DNA of 63,864 nucleotides, counting the filler, from Octopus bimaculoides (Eukaryota): assembly GCF_001194135.2 (NCBI RefSeq). It is 5 parts of 5 records of this genome, joined end to end, with 100 filler letters (N's around TTAATTAATTAA, not from the genome) between each part and the next. Parts side by side here need not be neighbours in the genome. Positions count along the whole stretch, not along the records: positions 1 to 23,177 come from NC_068999.1; positions 23,278 to 52,716 come from NC_069003.1; 3 more parts are not named here. One strand, written 5' to 3'. Below the pieces are notes generated by a model. The model was not told where the DNA came from. It searched no databases and worked only from the letters and a program-made list of their open reading frames with translations. Shown piece after piece: positions 11,801 to 23,692 of the stretch (the first letter of the stretch is position 1; each line of letters begins with the position of its first letter). The position numbers were made by a program, and so were the translations under genes.

Positions 11801-14800
11801 TGGAAACCTAACCTCTTCCAACAGTGCCAAGATACTTTACATTTTAATGAGTGTCTTACAACATGCCTTCTCATGAACAATCCACAACTAAACTCTCAAA
11901 CACAATACGAAGCCTTACAATCTCTATGTCCATTGCACTAAAATGCATATTTCTGTTAAAAATCATAAACACACACACTTTAGGCACAACCAGCTTGACT
12001 TTGTACAGAATTTTAAAATCTAAGTTAGATTAGAGAGACTAACTAATGGTTTCTTATTAGTATAAATTTTTTCCTTCTGTGTGTGTGTATGTGTGTGTGT
12101 GTGCGCGCGTGCAAGCATGCATGTGCTGGGAACATGCTTGGGATAGGGGAACTGAATTAATACTAACTCACAAATGATTCTTATTTCATCCACTTCTGAA
12201 AGGCTTAGTGAATCCCAATAGTATTTCAATTCAGAAAATTTGAGAGTGTAGGTAAATACACAATAGTTTTCTCTAATTCCATCAAACATTGCCCCACTGA
12301 CTAAACAAGTTTTATTGAATAATTCAGTGGGCTGTGAAACAGAAGAAAGGTTAGTGTGCATTCAGCATTGCAGTACTTGGTTGCATTCCAAGTTCAAATC
12401 CTGTATATTTGGCTTTCATTCCATTAGAGCTGATTAAAATGAGTATCAGTCATATAGTAGCTCAATACAGTTATATTTCTTTCCTCTGAGGTCAAGTGCT
12501 TAAGTTAGAAATTAACTTTATTCTACATAATGTCCTTAGAAATCAAAAAATACTGAAGATCTGTATTGGAGTACTGCTCACATATCTGGGATGGTGTTAC
12601 TATTACACAAAAACATATTGAAAATAAGGATATCCAGAAAAGATTCACTCACCAACACACTACAACCTTTTGGTCATACGTGCTATTTTTCTCTCTCCTG
12701 TTGCTACTATAGTATCATTCTAACCCATAAAACTTCTTAGTGAAAGCTAAATTCTTCAAAGAGTGAAACAAAAATAAGAAAAATGTAGAACAGGTATGCA
12801 AGAACTGTTCTCAAAACAAAGGTCTATGAGCAAATGAGCATGAATATCAAAATAAAGTTGAAGGTCTTACAAGCAATTTGCTGTAATAATCATTGAAAAT
12901 TGTAGTGAAACTACCTATCGTCACTAGATACAAAACTACTATCGCCATTACATACAATCTTCTCATTTAAATATAAATAAATGCGAGCGTAGTAGAGAAC
13001 CCATTCCTTGTCCATCACGTGACTGATCATTATTCGAATCGGCAACTTCTTCGAACCGTTCCCGCCAGAACGCAAACTGACCAATCACGGCTCCTAATAA
13101 GGTCACGTGATAGAGTAAAATTCTATCACCGTCTTGGAGCCCTCTTAACGCTATATATAGATCAACTCATACCCCACAAATTTGTCTCGGTCCAGTTTCT
13201 CTTTGAGAACTGTTCCGTGTACCACACGACAGCAGCAGCAGTTCCAGCGACCACTTCAACAGCTTCGTCCAGCCACGATGACNNNNNNNNNNNNNNNNNN
13301 NNNNNNNNNNNNNNNNNNNNNNNNNNNNNNNNNNNNNNNNNNNNNNNNNNNNNNNNNNNNNNNNNNNNNNNNNNNNNNNNNNNNNNNNNNNNNNNNNNNN
13401 NNNNNNNNNNNNNNNNNNNNNNNNNNNNNNNNNNNNNNNNNNNNNNNNNNNNNNNNNNNNNNNNNNNNNNNNNNNNNNNNNNNNNNNNNNNNNNNNNNNN
13501 NNNNNNNNNNNNNNNNNNNNNNNNNNNNNNNNNNNNNNNNNNNNNNNNNNNNNNNNNNNNNNNNNNNNNNNNNNNNNNNNNNNNNNNNNNNNNNNNNNNN
13601 NNNNNNNNNNNNNNNNNNNNNNNNNNNNNNNNNNNNNNNNNNNNNNNNNNNTCACGTGTTATTGACTCTCTTTCTATCTGCTGTAATATTTCTCATACAC
13701 ACATGTATCACTCACATACACACTTTTCTTTGTATGACGACCTGTCTTTGATTATGTTCTTATATGTTGCATTCACACTCTCACACAGACATACATCTTT
13801 AACGCTATAATAAATATCTCTGTTATTTCATCTAATACGGTTGTGGTCTTTCATTACTGGTCATCTATGTTATCGTAGTATAATATATCATCTATATCAT
13901 CATTTGATATATCTATTGTATGTTCGACCGTGTGACACGATTAAATAAAAGGAGTCCTGTTTTTCCATTCGTCACCATTTCTCCTTTTTGAGTTCGCACG
14001 GTCGTCCCTTACAAAATAATACTAATTGAGTGCACATTTGTAGGAAAATGTTAACATTAAAATAGCAAATAAAATTTCTTACCAATTTCTTTAGTCTTTG
14101 GATCTTTATGAAGGACTCGTTGGGCTATCTTACCAACAGCAAGAGATTGGATGGCTCGGAGTAGGTCTTTTTCTGGAATATCTGTTTCACTTTTTATATC
14201 CTACAAAACAAATACATTTTCTTTTGACAAGGACTAAGCACCAAACTTAATTTTGTAGGAGTTCTGAACTAAAATATTTTGAAATGTTTTCTAGTGAACA
14301 AATGCAATTTGAAAAGACATTGCTTTTACAGAAAATAAATTTTAAGTATTGCAAAGACTGAAACATTAGCCCTCTAAAGAAAGTCTTGCCAGTGCACTCT
14401 CTATGTCACTGAGACAAGTAGAGAAGTCCAAGTACCTCAGGGTTGTATTCATGAGTGATGAGAGGGAGACAAGAAGCTGAATTGGATGCTAGAAATGCAG
14501 GTGCTAACAAAAAAACCAAACTCACTATTTTCAATTTGGCTTTGATGCCCTTCTATCATACTTTAACCTCTCAACAATTAGCATAAAACTATCTCCTACT
14601 GGCAGCCTCACTAGTGTCATGAAAAATGGCACCAAAATGCTTTGGCTTTAGGAAGGACATCCAGCTGTAGAAACCATGCTAAAGGAGACATTGGAACCTG
14701 GAGCAGTCCTCCCGCTCCTTAGATTCTGTCAAAATATCCAACTCATACAGACATGGAAGAGATGTTAAATGATGATAACGTATATGTGTGCCTGTGTGTA

Positions 14801-17730
14801 TTAGATCTAGGCTTGCTTCTATGAAAGTTGCAACCTATGAAGAATGATGATGTTATCATTTCTCCTTTTAACAAATTATCTGTGCCTTTGAAGTCATATG
14901 GAATAGGAAATCTTTTACTTCAAAAACAGGTAAAGGATAGTGGCAAGAGCATCCATCTGTGAAACAATGTCTCAATAACATTCATCTAAGTCTACTCTCT
15001 TCACTTGGTTACTCTCTCTTCACATGGTTACTCTCTCCTCATATCTATATCTTCCTTTCATCATACTTTATCTTTTCTCTCCTGCTCTCCTTCAATTATA
15101 GGAACCTCTTTCAACCCTTCAGTTTTGCAAACCTCTGACTAGTGTTGGTACTATGAAGATATCACCCAGTATGCTCTGTAAAGTGATTGACATTAGGAAA
15201 AGAATCCAACCATAGAAATCATGCTAAAACAGACATTGGAGCATGAGGCAGTCTTCCAACTTGTTAGATCCTGTCAAGAGCAGACTTTGAATAATAATAA
15301 TAATATTCATTTGCTTTATGTTCAGTTTTTTATGATACCTTGCTCAATATGTAGAAAAAGTAAAAGTGCTGGGAGAAACTCCATAAGGTGTACCCAGTGC
15401 AAGCAATGGACATATAAGAGGTGCAGCAGTATCACTGGACGACTAATGAAGAAAGTAATCTTTACATGTGACAGATGTACAGGTACATTAAACACCAGGA
15501 ATGTACAATAAATAGACTCCCTCATATGCCTGGAGGGATCCTTAAAAGTAGTAGACAGTTTCCATTACTTAGGTGACCAAATTAGTAGTGGGGGTGGTTG
15601 TTCTGAAAGCATAGCTGCTAGAATAAGAATAGGCTGGACAAAGTTCAGAGGGATACTACCTTTGTTAGTAATGAAGGGCCTCTCCCTCAGAGTGAAAGGC
15701 AGATTGTACAATACCTGTGTATGGACAGCTATACTACATGGCAGTGAGACATGGACTGTGACTACTACTACTGGGGATATACAAAGACTTGAAAGAAATG
15801 AAGCCAATATGTTTCAATGGATGGGTAATGTCAGTGTGCATATACAACAGAGTATAAGTGATTTGAGAGAAAAACTTGGTATATGTAGCATCAGATGCAG
15901 TGTGCAAGAGAGAGGAGTGTGCTAGTATGACCATGTAATGCGTATGAATGAGGACAGTTGCATGAAGAGGTGCAACTAATTGTAGAGGGAACAATGTAGA
16001 AGGGATAAATCCAGGAAGATGTGAGAGGAAGTGGTGAGAAGGGATCTACAAATGTTGAGACTCACAAAGGGGATGACAGGGGGCTGAGACTCCTGGTAGT
16101 TTGCTGTGCTTGAAAAGACATGACAAGCAAAGTAAAGGCGTGGTTGCCCTCGCATGCAGGCGCATCCCTTGCAACCCTCTCCAGCTGAGATTCCCTAATC
16201 TTAAGGGTTTGTAAGAGCTGGTACCACATAAAAAGTACCCATACTGGTGTTGCATAAAAGCACCTAGTAGACTCTGTAAAGTAGTTGGCTTTAGGAAGGA
16301 CATCCAGCCAAAGAAACCATGCCAAAACAGACATGGAACCTGAACAGCCTTTCAGCTGGTCAGCTCATCAAACCATCCAACCCATGCTAGCATGGAAAAC
16401 AGACATTAAATGATGATCATGATGACATGTATTAAACTACAAAGCCAGGTTCTATTTCTGAATATGACTTAATGACTAAGTTTTAACTTTCCCACAATAT
16501 TTTTCAAAGACAGAGTTAAGTAAAACAGCGTGAACAGGAGTTTAAGCAGTTTTGTAAAGCAGATTTAGATGGAAGTTCTCATAATTAAACTGTCCTATCT
16601 GTCCCTTTCTAATGTAGTATGAAAATTCTACTCTAGAAATACTGAAAGTGTATTATGATGATCATCATCACCAATATAACAACAGCATTTCCTGCTCAGC
16701 CATATACCAACCATAGATCACCATTTTTTTGTTCCATCTACTATTCTCTCTTAATGCACATTGTCAGCAAAGAGGTGTCATCCATTCATATCTGCTTCTC
16801 TTGCACACTTTTGATTTGCAAGTTAATGTTGCACATCCTATAGACCATACTCTGTTTATATATCAATTCCCTCACACTCTTACAATCTACTCACCCACAT
16901 GTCATATTCTTATCCTTTACCTATTTAGTGTATTATTATTATTATCCTGCTGCTCACACCTGTCTCTACTGTAGCCCCACTTATAGAGGGGATCTTAATC
17001 CTGTGAGTTACATGGTAACCTCACTACTGTTCCACAAAAGCAGTAACCAGTACACAATGTAAAGTTGTTGGCATTAGGAAGGGCATCTAGCTGTAGAAAC
17101 CAGGCATTGGAGCATGATGCAGTCCTTGGACCTGTCAGACCATCCAATGCATGTGAACACAAAAGAAGGATGTTAAAAGATCATGATGATGATGTGGATC
17201 AGTAATGGATGTAATCCATACATAGCAACTCAGATTTTCATGTTTGACATAACTAATGTCCGCAATGAATTTGGTTCTGTAGAAGCTATACCGACAGTAA
17301 CTGAAAAAGGAAATAAGATAGAATGAAAGAAAGACACTAAGATAGATAGTTAATGATTGTATCAATATGATGGACAAAAAGTCAAGTGTCAACTGTTTCA
17401 ACCAAATGATTGCTACAGAAATGAAAATTTCAGGTTTAATTGTTGCAATATTATTAGTAATAATATTCTGAATTCTACTTAAAAGAGAAATTTATATGAA
17501 ATTTACTAACCTCATAGGTCATTTTCCCATGGGTATTGAATAGCATTAAGACACACATCTGGAATGATGATACTTGAATAATGTGTTTACGAGGCCCTTT
17601 TGATGAACTGGCACTAGCACCATCACTACTTTCTTCTTTACGTGGACCATAGAAACAAGCATGCAAATCAGCTGAACCAAGTTGTGGTTGTAGTGTTAAC
17701 TGTCTGCCACTGTGTTTAGCAAGATAAAAT
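8793..17730 (-). CDS. CUL3: Cullin-3, 3' portion (six exons; cullin-homology C-terminal part and start of the neddylation winged-helix domain); 5' exons and last exon not found in the window
   Basis: The spliced translation [148 protein letters not shown] closely matches animal CUL3 as recalled. All intron phases are consistent. Confidence 0.95.
8863..10134 (-). other. U12-type (minor spliceosome) intron of CUL3, 1272 nt, AT-AT termini
   Basis: The 5' splice site is ATATCCTTT (10134-10126) and the branch site TTCCTTGAC (8880-8872). The 3' end ..CAACTCTAT is the only junction that restores HE-IEAA. Confidence 0.85.
10135..10210 (-). CDS. CUL3: CUL3 exon: (V)[24 protein letters not shown](E)
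   Basis: 76 nt, phase 1 to 2. Acceptor ttctttaacttag; donor ATATCCTTT (U12 type). Confidence 0.93.
10568..10636 (-). CDS. CUL3: CUL3 exon: (E)[22 protein letters not shown]
   Basis: 69 nt, phase 1 to 1. Acceptor tttttattttag; donor GTAATA. Confidence 0.93.
12172..12331 (-). CDS. Candidate exon [53 protein letters not shown]; probable continuation of the PTCHD-like gene inside a CUL3 intron
   Basis: The acceptor cctttcttctgtttcacag and donor GTGAGT are both strong. Only phase 0 is open across the 160 nt, which matches the phase-0 donor of the PTCHD exon ending at 23693. CUL3 does not need this exon. Assignment to PTCHD is inference. Confidence 0.6.
12901..14013 (+). mobile_element. Solo LTR with 4-bp TSD (AAAT), partly in an N gap
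   Basis: Termini TGTAG...CTTACA, with AAAT at 12897-12900 and 14014-14017. Motifs in LTR order: CACGTG (13016, 13104), CCAAT (13081), TATATATA (13152) and AATAAA (13954). Confidence 0.7.
14083..14200 (-). CDS. CUL3: CUL3 exon: [39 protein letters not shown]
   Basis: 118 nt, phase 0 to 1. Acceptor tttgttttgtag; donor GTAAGA. Confidence 0.95.
15340..16425 (+). mobile_element. Degenerate 5'-truncated RTE-type LINE (same family as 2390-3957)
   Basis: [21 protein letters not shown] finger, [31 protein letters not shown], and the same 3' tail ending in (GAT)n. Boundaries approximate. Confidence 0.8.
17511..17730 (-). CDS. CUL3: CUL3 exon: (R)[29 protein letters not shown]...[27 protein letters not shown]
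   Basis: 220 nt, phase 2 to 0. Acceptor tttttttatttcatag; donor GTTAGT. Confidence 0.95.
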
Positions 17731-18424
17731 CTATGAAATAAAAAAAAATATTTTCCAATGAAAAAAAAAAAAGGAAAAGAATCCTTAGGTTACACATGTG
17801 AAATATTGTGTAATTAGGAAAAACATTAAATAAATATTGCCAAGATAAAAGGTTAGTTTGTCAAAGTCTAAAAATATAAAGCAAGTATAATATTATTTTG
17901 GAGCTGTAATTTCATTTTCACAACATCCAATTTTAATTATTTTGAAAATTTAATATAGTTATTTATATATTATTCAAGGAATAAATTAGAGTTACACAAA
18001 TAAGCATTGTGTCATATAACTCATACTCAAAATTACAACTGAAGGAAAATTACTGTTTTGGTAATATTATAACAGAAAATCTGAACGTAAATATGGAAAA
18101 TAAAGTCATTTAAATACAATACTGATACTTTTAATTAAGCAGTGGTAAGAAACTCTCAATAGAGCCAAACAGCAGACGGTCTTCAGAGAAAAAACTCCTC
18201 TCATCCAAGTGTTTCAGTCTTCTTACACTCTAAGGATGGAAAGGCGGGGGCATCTTGGTCATGACTCCTTGGTGCTGAAAATTTTTAGCCAATTGGCTAT
18301 CGGAAATTTATGCACTTAAAACCACTTGGAGATCTGACTCAGTTTTCAAACTTATACTTAATAGCATTGTCATGTAAGTGGTGAAACATCAACACTACCA
18401 CAATGACTCACTCCGAGTTACTTC

Positions 18425-18860
18425 TGTAGGAAAATGATAAACACTGGCTGGGTGCTTCGCAATTCCATACACAATACTTGAAAGATGAAAAGCGAGGACA
18501 AGATCTCTCTGAATAACAACAATAATTTATTTTCACTGGGAAAAATTCCATCTCAGGTTAGCGGTAGCCGTGAATGCCTTGGTGAAGAAAGCAGCAGAGT
18601 TGAATGTTAGACACAAAAGAAAGCAGGCATTATTGCAGATTTGCAGTGTCGCTTGCCATTAAAAGTCCATTCTCCACGGAGCTGCTCTGAGTTACGTCTT
18701 GCCTGGTCAGAAGCCGCAATCATTCTAAAACTGAATGGCAGTGAACTCTAGCTGCTGCTGATGATTGTTCATGAGCGTAAGGGGCTTCCGGTAGGCTCTA
18801 ATATTTGCACATGTGTAGATGAATCTTTCAATATGGCGTCTAGAACAATGCGTCACTACA
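18425..18860 (-). mobile_element. 3' LTR (436 bp) of the Mag-like element
   Basis: The minus strand reads PPT GAGGGGGAGCCT then TGTAGTG...TTCCTACA, with inverted TGTAG/CTACA ends and AATAAA at 18531-18526. Confidence 0.75.
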
Positions 18861-21800
18861 AGGCTCCCCCTCGAGTGCGGAAGCACGAAAATAGAAAGAT
18901 TGTAGTGGCGCTAGAAACAAGATGGCTACCGATCACCCACAAGATGTGGTACAAAATATGACAAGTCAAAAGAAAATAATTACAATATAAATGAGCATGC
19001 ACAAAATTTTTTACAAAATGTTCAATAGCAAAACATTGACACTGTCCAGTTTCACAAAAGAGATTGTCAAATATAAATTGTCTTTGTAAGTTTCTTGGGC
19101 CAGTGAACAGTTCGGCCAGTCCTGGTGACATAGGGTCTGTTCGAGGCAGGTTGCGACAATGAAGGTGGTGGTGTAGGTGATGGTGTTGTCAAAGGTGCAC
19201 GTGTAGGTTCAAAGGTGGGCATGGCAGTGGTGTCATCGAAAGATGTGGACACCTCAAAATATGCTCTTTTAAGCCGATCTACAGAAATGGTCTCCATATG
19301 ACCATTCATATCAATCGTAAAATCGTGTGCGAGAAAGCACACGAAAGGGTCCTTTGTAAGGAGAAACAAGAGTCATCCTGAACAAAAACATGTGACCAAG
19401 AGTCAATATCTGATGGGACATTAGAGGGCAGAGACTGGTCCCGGGAACCCATGGGCAGAAGATTAGAAAAATAGGTGCGAAGTCTGGCGACGTACGACGC
19501 TGGGTCATGAAACTGTGAACCGTCTGGCACCAACATCGTATCAGGCAATGCTAGTGTGGTACCATACAGCAGCTCTGCAGAGGAGAAACCCAGGTCTGCC
19601 TTGACAGCAGTACGACAGCCAAGAAGTACAATTGGCAGAAACTCAGTCCAAGACAGCGGATCTGGAGAGGCATAGCTGTCTATGAAACTGTTCAACCACC
19701 TCGTTGGAAGCTGGATGGTAACTGGTCGTGTGAATGTGATGCATACCCAGGATTCGTGACAATTCACGAAATAAAGAAGCTTCAAACTGGCGACCGCGAT
19801 CAGAAGTTAATCTGGACGGAACTCCAAAGCGGGAAATCCAGCTAGAAACAAAAGCTTGAGCAACAGATTCAGCAGAAATGTCTGCTATTGGAATGGCTTC
19901 TGGCCAACGGGAGAAATGATTGACGCAGGTCAAGATAAGAGAACCTGCGACTCAGAGGCCAAGGTCCAATCAGATCAATGTGGACATGGCAAAAACAGGC
20001 CTCGGAGGAGAAAACTGTCCCAGCGGAGCCTGAATGTGCCGTTGAACCTTGAAATGCTGGCACTTGGAACAAGTGCGTGTCCAAGAAGTAATTATGCGAC
20101 GCATATTTGGCCAGAAAAAACGAGCAGTGATAAGCTTCAGTGTAGCAGCGATGCCCGGATGCGACAAGGAATGCAGGGTCTCAAACACTGAGCGTTGATA
20201 ATTCTCAGGCACAAGTGACCTGGGAGAACCAGTAGAGGTATCACAAAGAATAGTGCCTTCAGCCGACGGAAGCAGAAGATAGGCAAATTCGCAATGGGAG
20301 AACTTGGGCGAAGTTAAATCTAACTTTGCCAAAGTGGGTTGGTCCTGCGAAATGGCAATCAAATCGATTGCAGCAGGAGATGAAAGAGAACAGACTGAAA
20401 GATGAGAAAGAGTGTCAGCAGGAACGTTCTCTTTCCCAGGTATATGTCGAATGTCACTGGTAAACTGTGAAATAAAATCCAAGGGACAGAAAGCATGAGG
20501 CGAGAGTTTGTTTGTCTTAGACGATAGGGCAAACGTTCTCACTCTCTGTCTATAGCTTTAGAGTGACAACCATGGTAGGTTAGCAACTGGATGGATGGAC
20601 CAAACAACAACATTGCTAAGAGCTCATGATCAAAAGTGCTGTATCGCCACTCAGCTGGTTGTAATTGGCAAGAAAAGAAAACCAACGGTCGAGTTCGGTT
20701 GTCCACTGTGTGTTGTAGCACAGCGCCAATCGCAGAATCCGATGCATCCACAGTTAAAGAGAGAGAAGCATCAGGAACCAGATGTGCAAGCAGAAGGACA
20801 GAAGCTATTTCCTTCTTGATTGACTCAAAGGCAGCTAACACCTCAGCTGAGAGGGTGATCTGACCATCCTTTCTAGAGGTGTTCTTTAGTAGCTGGGTCA
20901 AAGGAAATAGTTTGTCCACATATCTGGGTATAAAACGTCTATAAAAATTTACCATTCCTAGAAAATGGCGTAACTGACACAAAGAAGCAGGTGCGATGCG
21001 TTGAATTGCATTGACTTTGGACAAGAGAGGTTTGATGCCACATGAGTCAATATGATATCCCAAAAATTCAAGAGAAGATTGCCTGTAAAAACACCATAGG
21101 CGCGAATACGCTGAGACAAGTGCCGGAGATGATTCTCACGTGTGTCACTTGCAATGAGTATGTCATCAACATAAGCTAACACAAAATCAAGTCCGCGGAC
21201 GACTTCGTCAATGAATTTCTGGAACGTACTGGTAGCATTCCGCAAACCAAAACTCATATACAGAAACTCAAAACAACCAAAAGGAGTGGTAATGGCAGTT
21301 TTTGGAATATCGGCTGGGTTGACCAGTATCTGATGATAGGCGCGAATGAGGTCAACCTTAGAAAAGATGGTACAGCCATGAAGATTTGCTAAAAAATCCT
21401 GAAGGTTTTTTATAGGATATCGGTCAGGTACCGTAACTGCATTCAGATGCCTATAATCCACCACCAGGCGAAAATCAGAATCCCCTTTACGCGCCAAATG
21501 AAGGGGAGATGCCCATGGGCTGGTAGAGGGGTGTATCAGGCCAAGTTGGAGCATGTGCTCAAACTCGGCCCTAGCTTTTTTTAGATGGTCAGGAGCAAAA
21601 CGCCATGGGCGCAAAAAAGCAGGTGACCCAGTGGTGGTAATAAAATGGAGGGTCAAGTGTGCAGGCTTTGCTGAATGAAAAGTTTGATTTACCAGCTCTG
21701 GGAAAGAAGCTAAAAGAGAATGGAAAGCATCTCCAGCGGTGGCAACAAAAAATGCAAGGGTAAGAACCGCATTGGTAGAACTTCTAGTTGGTGTAGAGAG

Positions 21801-22560
21801 TGACGTAGAACCGTCGACAAGCCTCTGTCGCCTGACATCTACCAATAGATTAAAGTGGTTCAAAAAATCAGCTCCCGGAATAGGATGCGGTATGTCAGCT
21901 TTGACAAAGATTCATTGAAAATCTCAACAAAGATTGATATCCAGGCGTAAAGAAATCTGACCAAAAGTAGCAATGGAAGATGAGTTGATTGCATGCAAAA
22001 CAATGGCAGAACACTTAGGCCTGTCTGCAGTGAAATGAAGAGGCCAAAAACTGCAAGAAGAACCGGTATCAACCATGAAGAGTTTCTTAAGACACCAAAT
22101 CTTTTACGAAGAATGTATGATGAGTAGAAAATGAAGAGGAGGGAATTGACGAGCTCAATTCCTCCAAGACTCGTTTCCCGATGACTTAAAGCTACAAGGC
22201 TGATTACACTTGCAGGCTTTTTCTGCAAATCTTGCATGGTACCAACACAGACCGGAGTGTGACAGAGAGGTACGAGAGGCAGAATGACTGCGACTACGAG
22301 AATGCAAAAGATGTTGGTTATCTCTGCACAGTGTGTCCATCCGCATGTCTAGCTTCTCGGAAATCTCATCATGTGACGAGGGAGTGGATTTAACAGAGAT
22401 TGTTGAAAAAACCTCAGAACAAGCGCAAACACTACGTGATGATGGCTGAACTGAAAATTCCAGCTGCTCTGGTGTATTGTTCTTACTAGCAATTAATTCT
22501 TTTCAACTGCTCTGAGTAATTACCAGCAACTTCATCAGTCCATTTTGATGCTCTGCAAAT
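18425..22560 (-). mobile_element. Gypsy (Mag-like) LTR retrotransposon, 5'-truncated and frameshifted; gag end, PR, RT, RH, INT, PPT and 3' LTR
   Basis: Gag motif CWYHARFAEKACKCNQPC; RT motifs WASPLH..DYRHLN..DRYP..FGL.N and AYVDDILI; RNaseH VDASD..YSTFDHELLA; integrase HHCC remnant, HVHIDLIGP, FSRWPEA, TSDRGRQF and YHPASN; GPF motif. The 5' LTR is absent. Confidence 0.92.
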
Positions 22561-22949
22561 CATCATATACATTAAATTGTATATAAAGATTACCTTTTGG
22601 TACTAATACTGTTTCTATCACTAACAATTATTTTTTAGTAAGCATGCTGGCTTATTAAAAAATAATTGATTGAAAGGACATTGATAGTCTATATACTGTG
22701 GTAGTGAGATTTAGCTTATATGCAGTCACCAAAAGCCTGTCACTAAAAACTTCCAGCAGACCAAAATCATGTGATCTGGTAGTACCCATAATCAAAGATT
22801 CTTGTTTGCTATGATATAAGTCTGTGCTTTTATGCACCATGCATCTATATGAGAGTACTTCTCAAAGTTAATACTGCAGTATTTGGCATTTTAACAACCA
22901 TATTAAGTTGGATATAAAGATTGCCTTTTGATATTAATACTTTTTTTCA

Positions 22950-23177
22950 TCATCATCATCGTTTAACGTCCGCTTTCCATGCTAGCATGGGTTGGACGAT
23001 TTGACTGAGGACTGGTGAAACCGGATGGCAACACCAGGCTCCAGTCTGATTTGGCAGAGTTTCTACAGCTGGATGCCCTTCCTAACGCCAACCACTCAGA
23101 GAGTGTAGTGGGTGCTTTTACGTGTCACCCGCACGAAAACGGCAACGCTCGAAATGGTGTCTTTTTATGTGCCACCC
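22950..23177 (-). mobile_element. RTE LINE 3' tail (short 5'-truncated copy), cut by a gap
   Basis: Near-identical reverse complement of the 3' end at ~3770-3950, including the (CAT)n tail. Confidence 0.8.
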
Positions 23178-23221
23178 NNNNNNNNNNNNNNNNNNNNNNN
23201 NNNNNNNNNNNNNNNNNNNNN

Positions 23222-23233
23222 TTAATTAATTAA
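23222..23233. other. Assembly gap linker TTAATTAATTAA inside N runs (also 52761-52772, 57358-57369, 60923-60934); artefact
   Basis: The same palindromic 12-mer, with stops in all frames, sits in the middle of four ~100-nt N blocks. Confidence 0.9.
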
Positions 23234-23692
23234 NNNNNNNNNNNNNNNNNNNNNNNNNNNNNNNNNNNNNNNNNNNNATATATATGGGAGAATGTATGAA
23301 AAAACAACAACAGACGAGGACAGGTGGTGTAAATAACAAAAGGATGTATTAGTATGACGCTCGGGAATATGGAAAGTCTTTGATGTTTCGATATATATGC
23401 ATACATATATATATATACATACATATATATATACACACACATATATATACATACACACACACATATACATATACACACACATACACACATATATACACAC
23501 ACATGCACACACACACACACACGCGTGCACACACACACACACACATATATTCCATGCAACCCATGCAAGCACAAAATAGCAGATGTTAAAGCAATAATAA
23601 TGATGATGATGATGATGATGATGATACACACACAAAAGAGATAAAAATATAAATTTAGAAACAAAAGGTACTTTTTTAATGTAGTTACTTAC

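Noticed and set aside
23230-23664. ORFs rich in CV/YI/HT repeats (also 47377-47735, 53114-57361, 61600-62150)
   Set aside because: They are translations of (CA)n, (TA)n and (GA)n microsatellites and N gaps, not genes.
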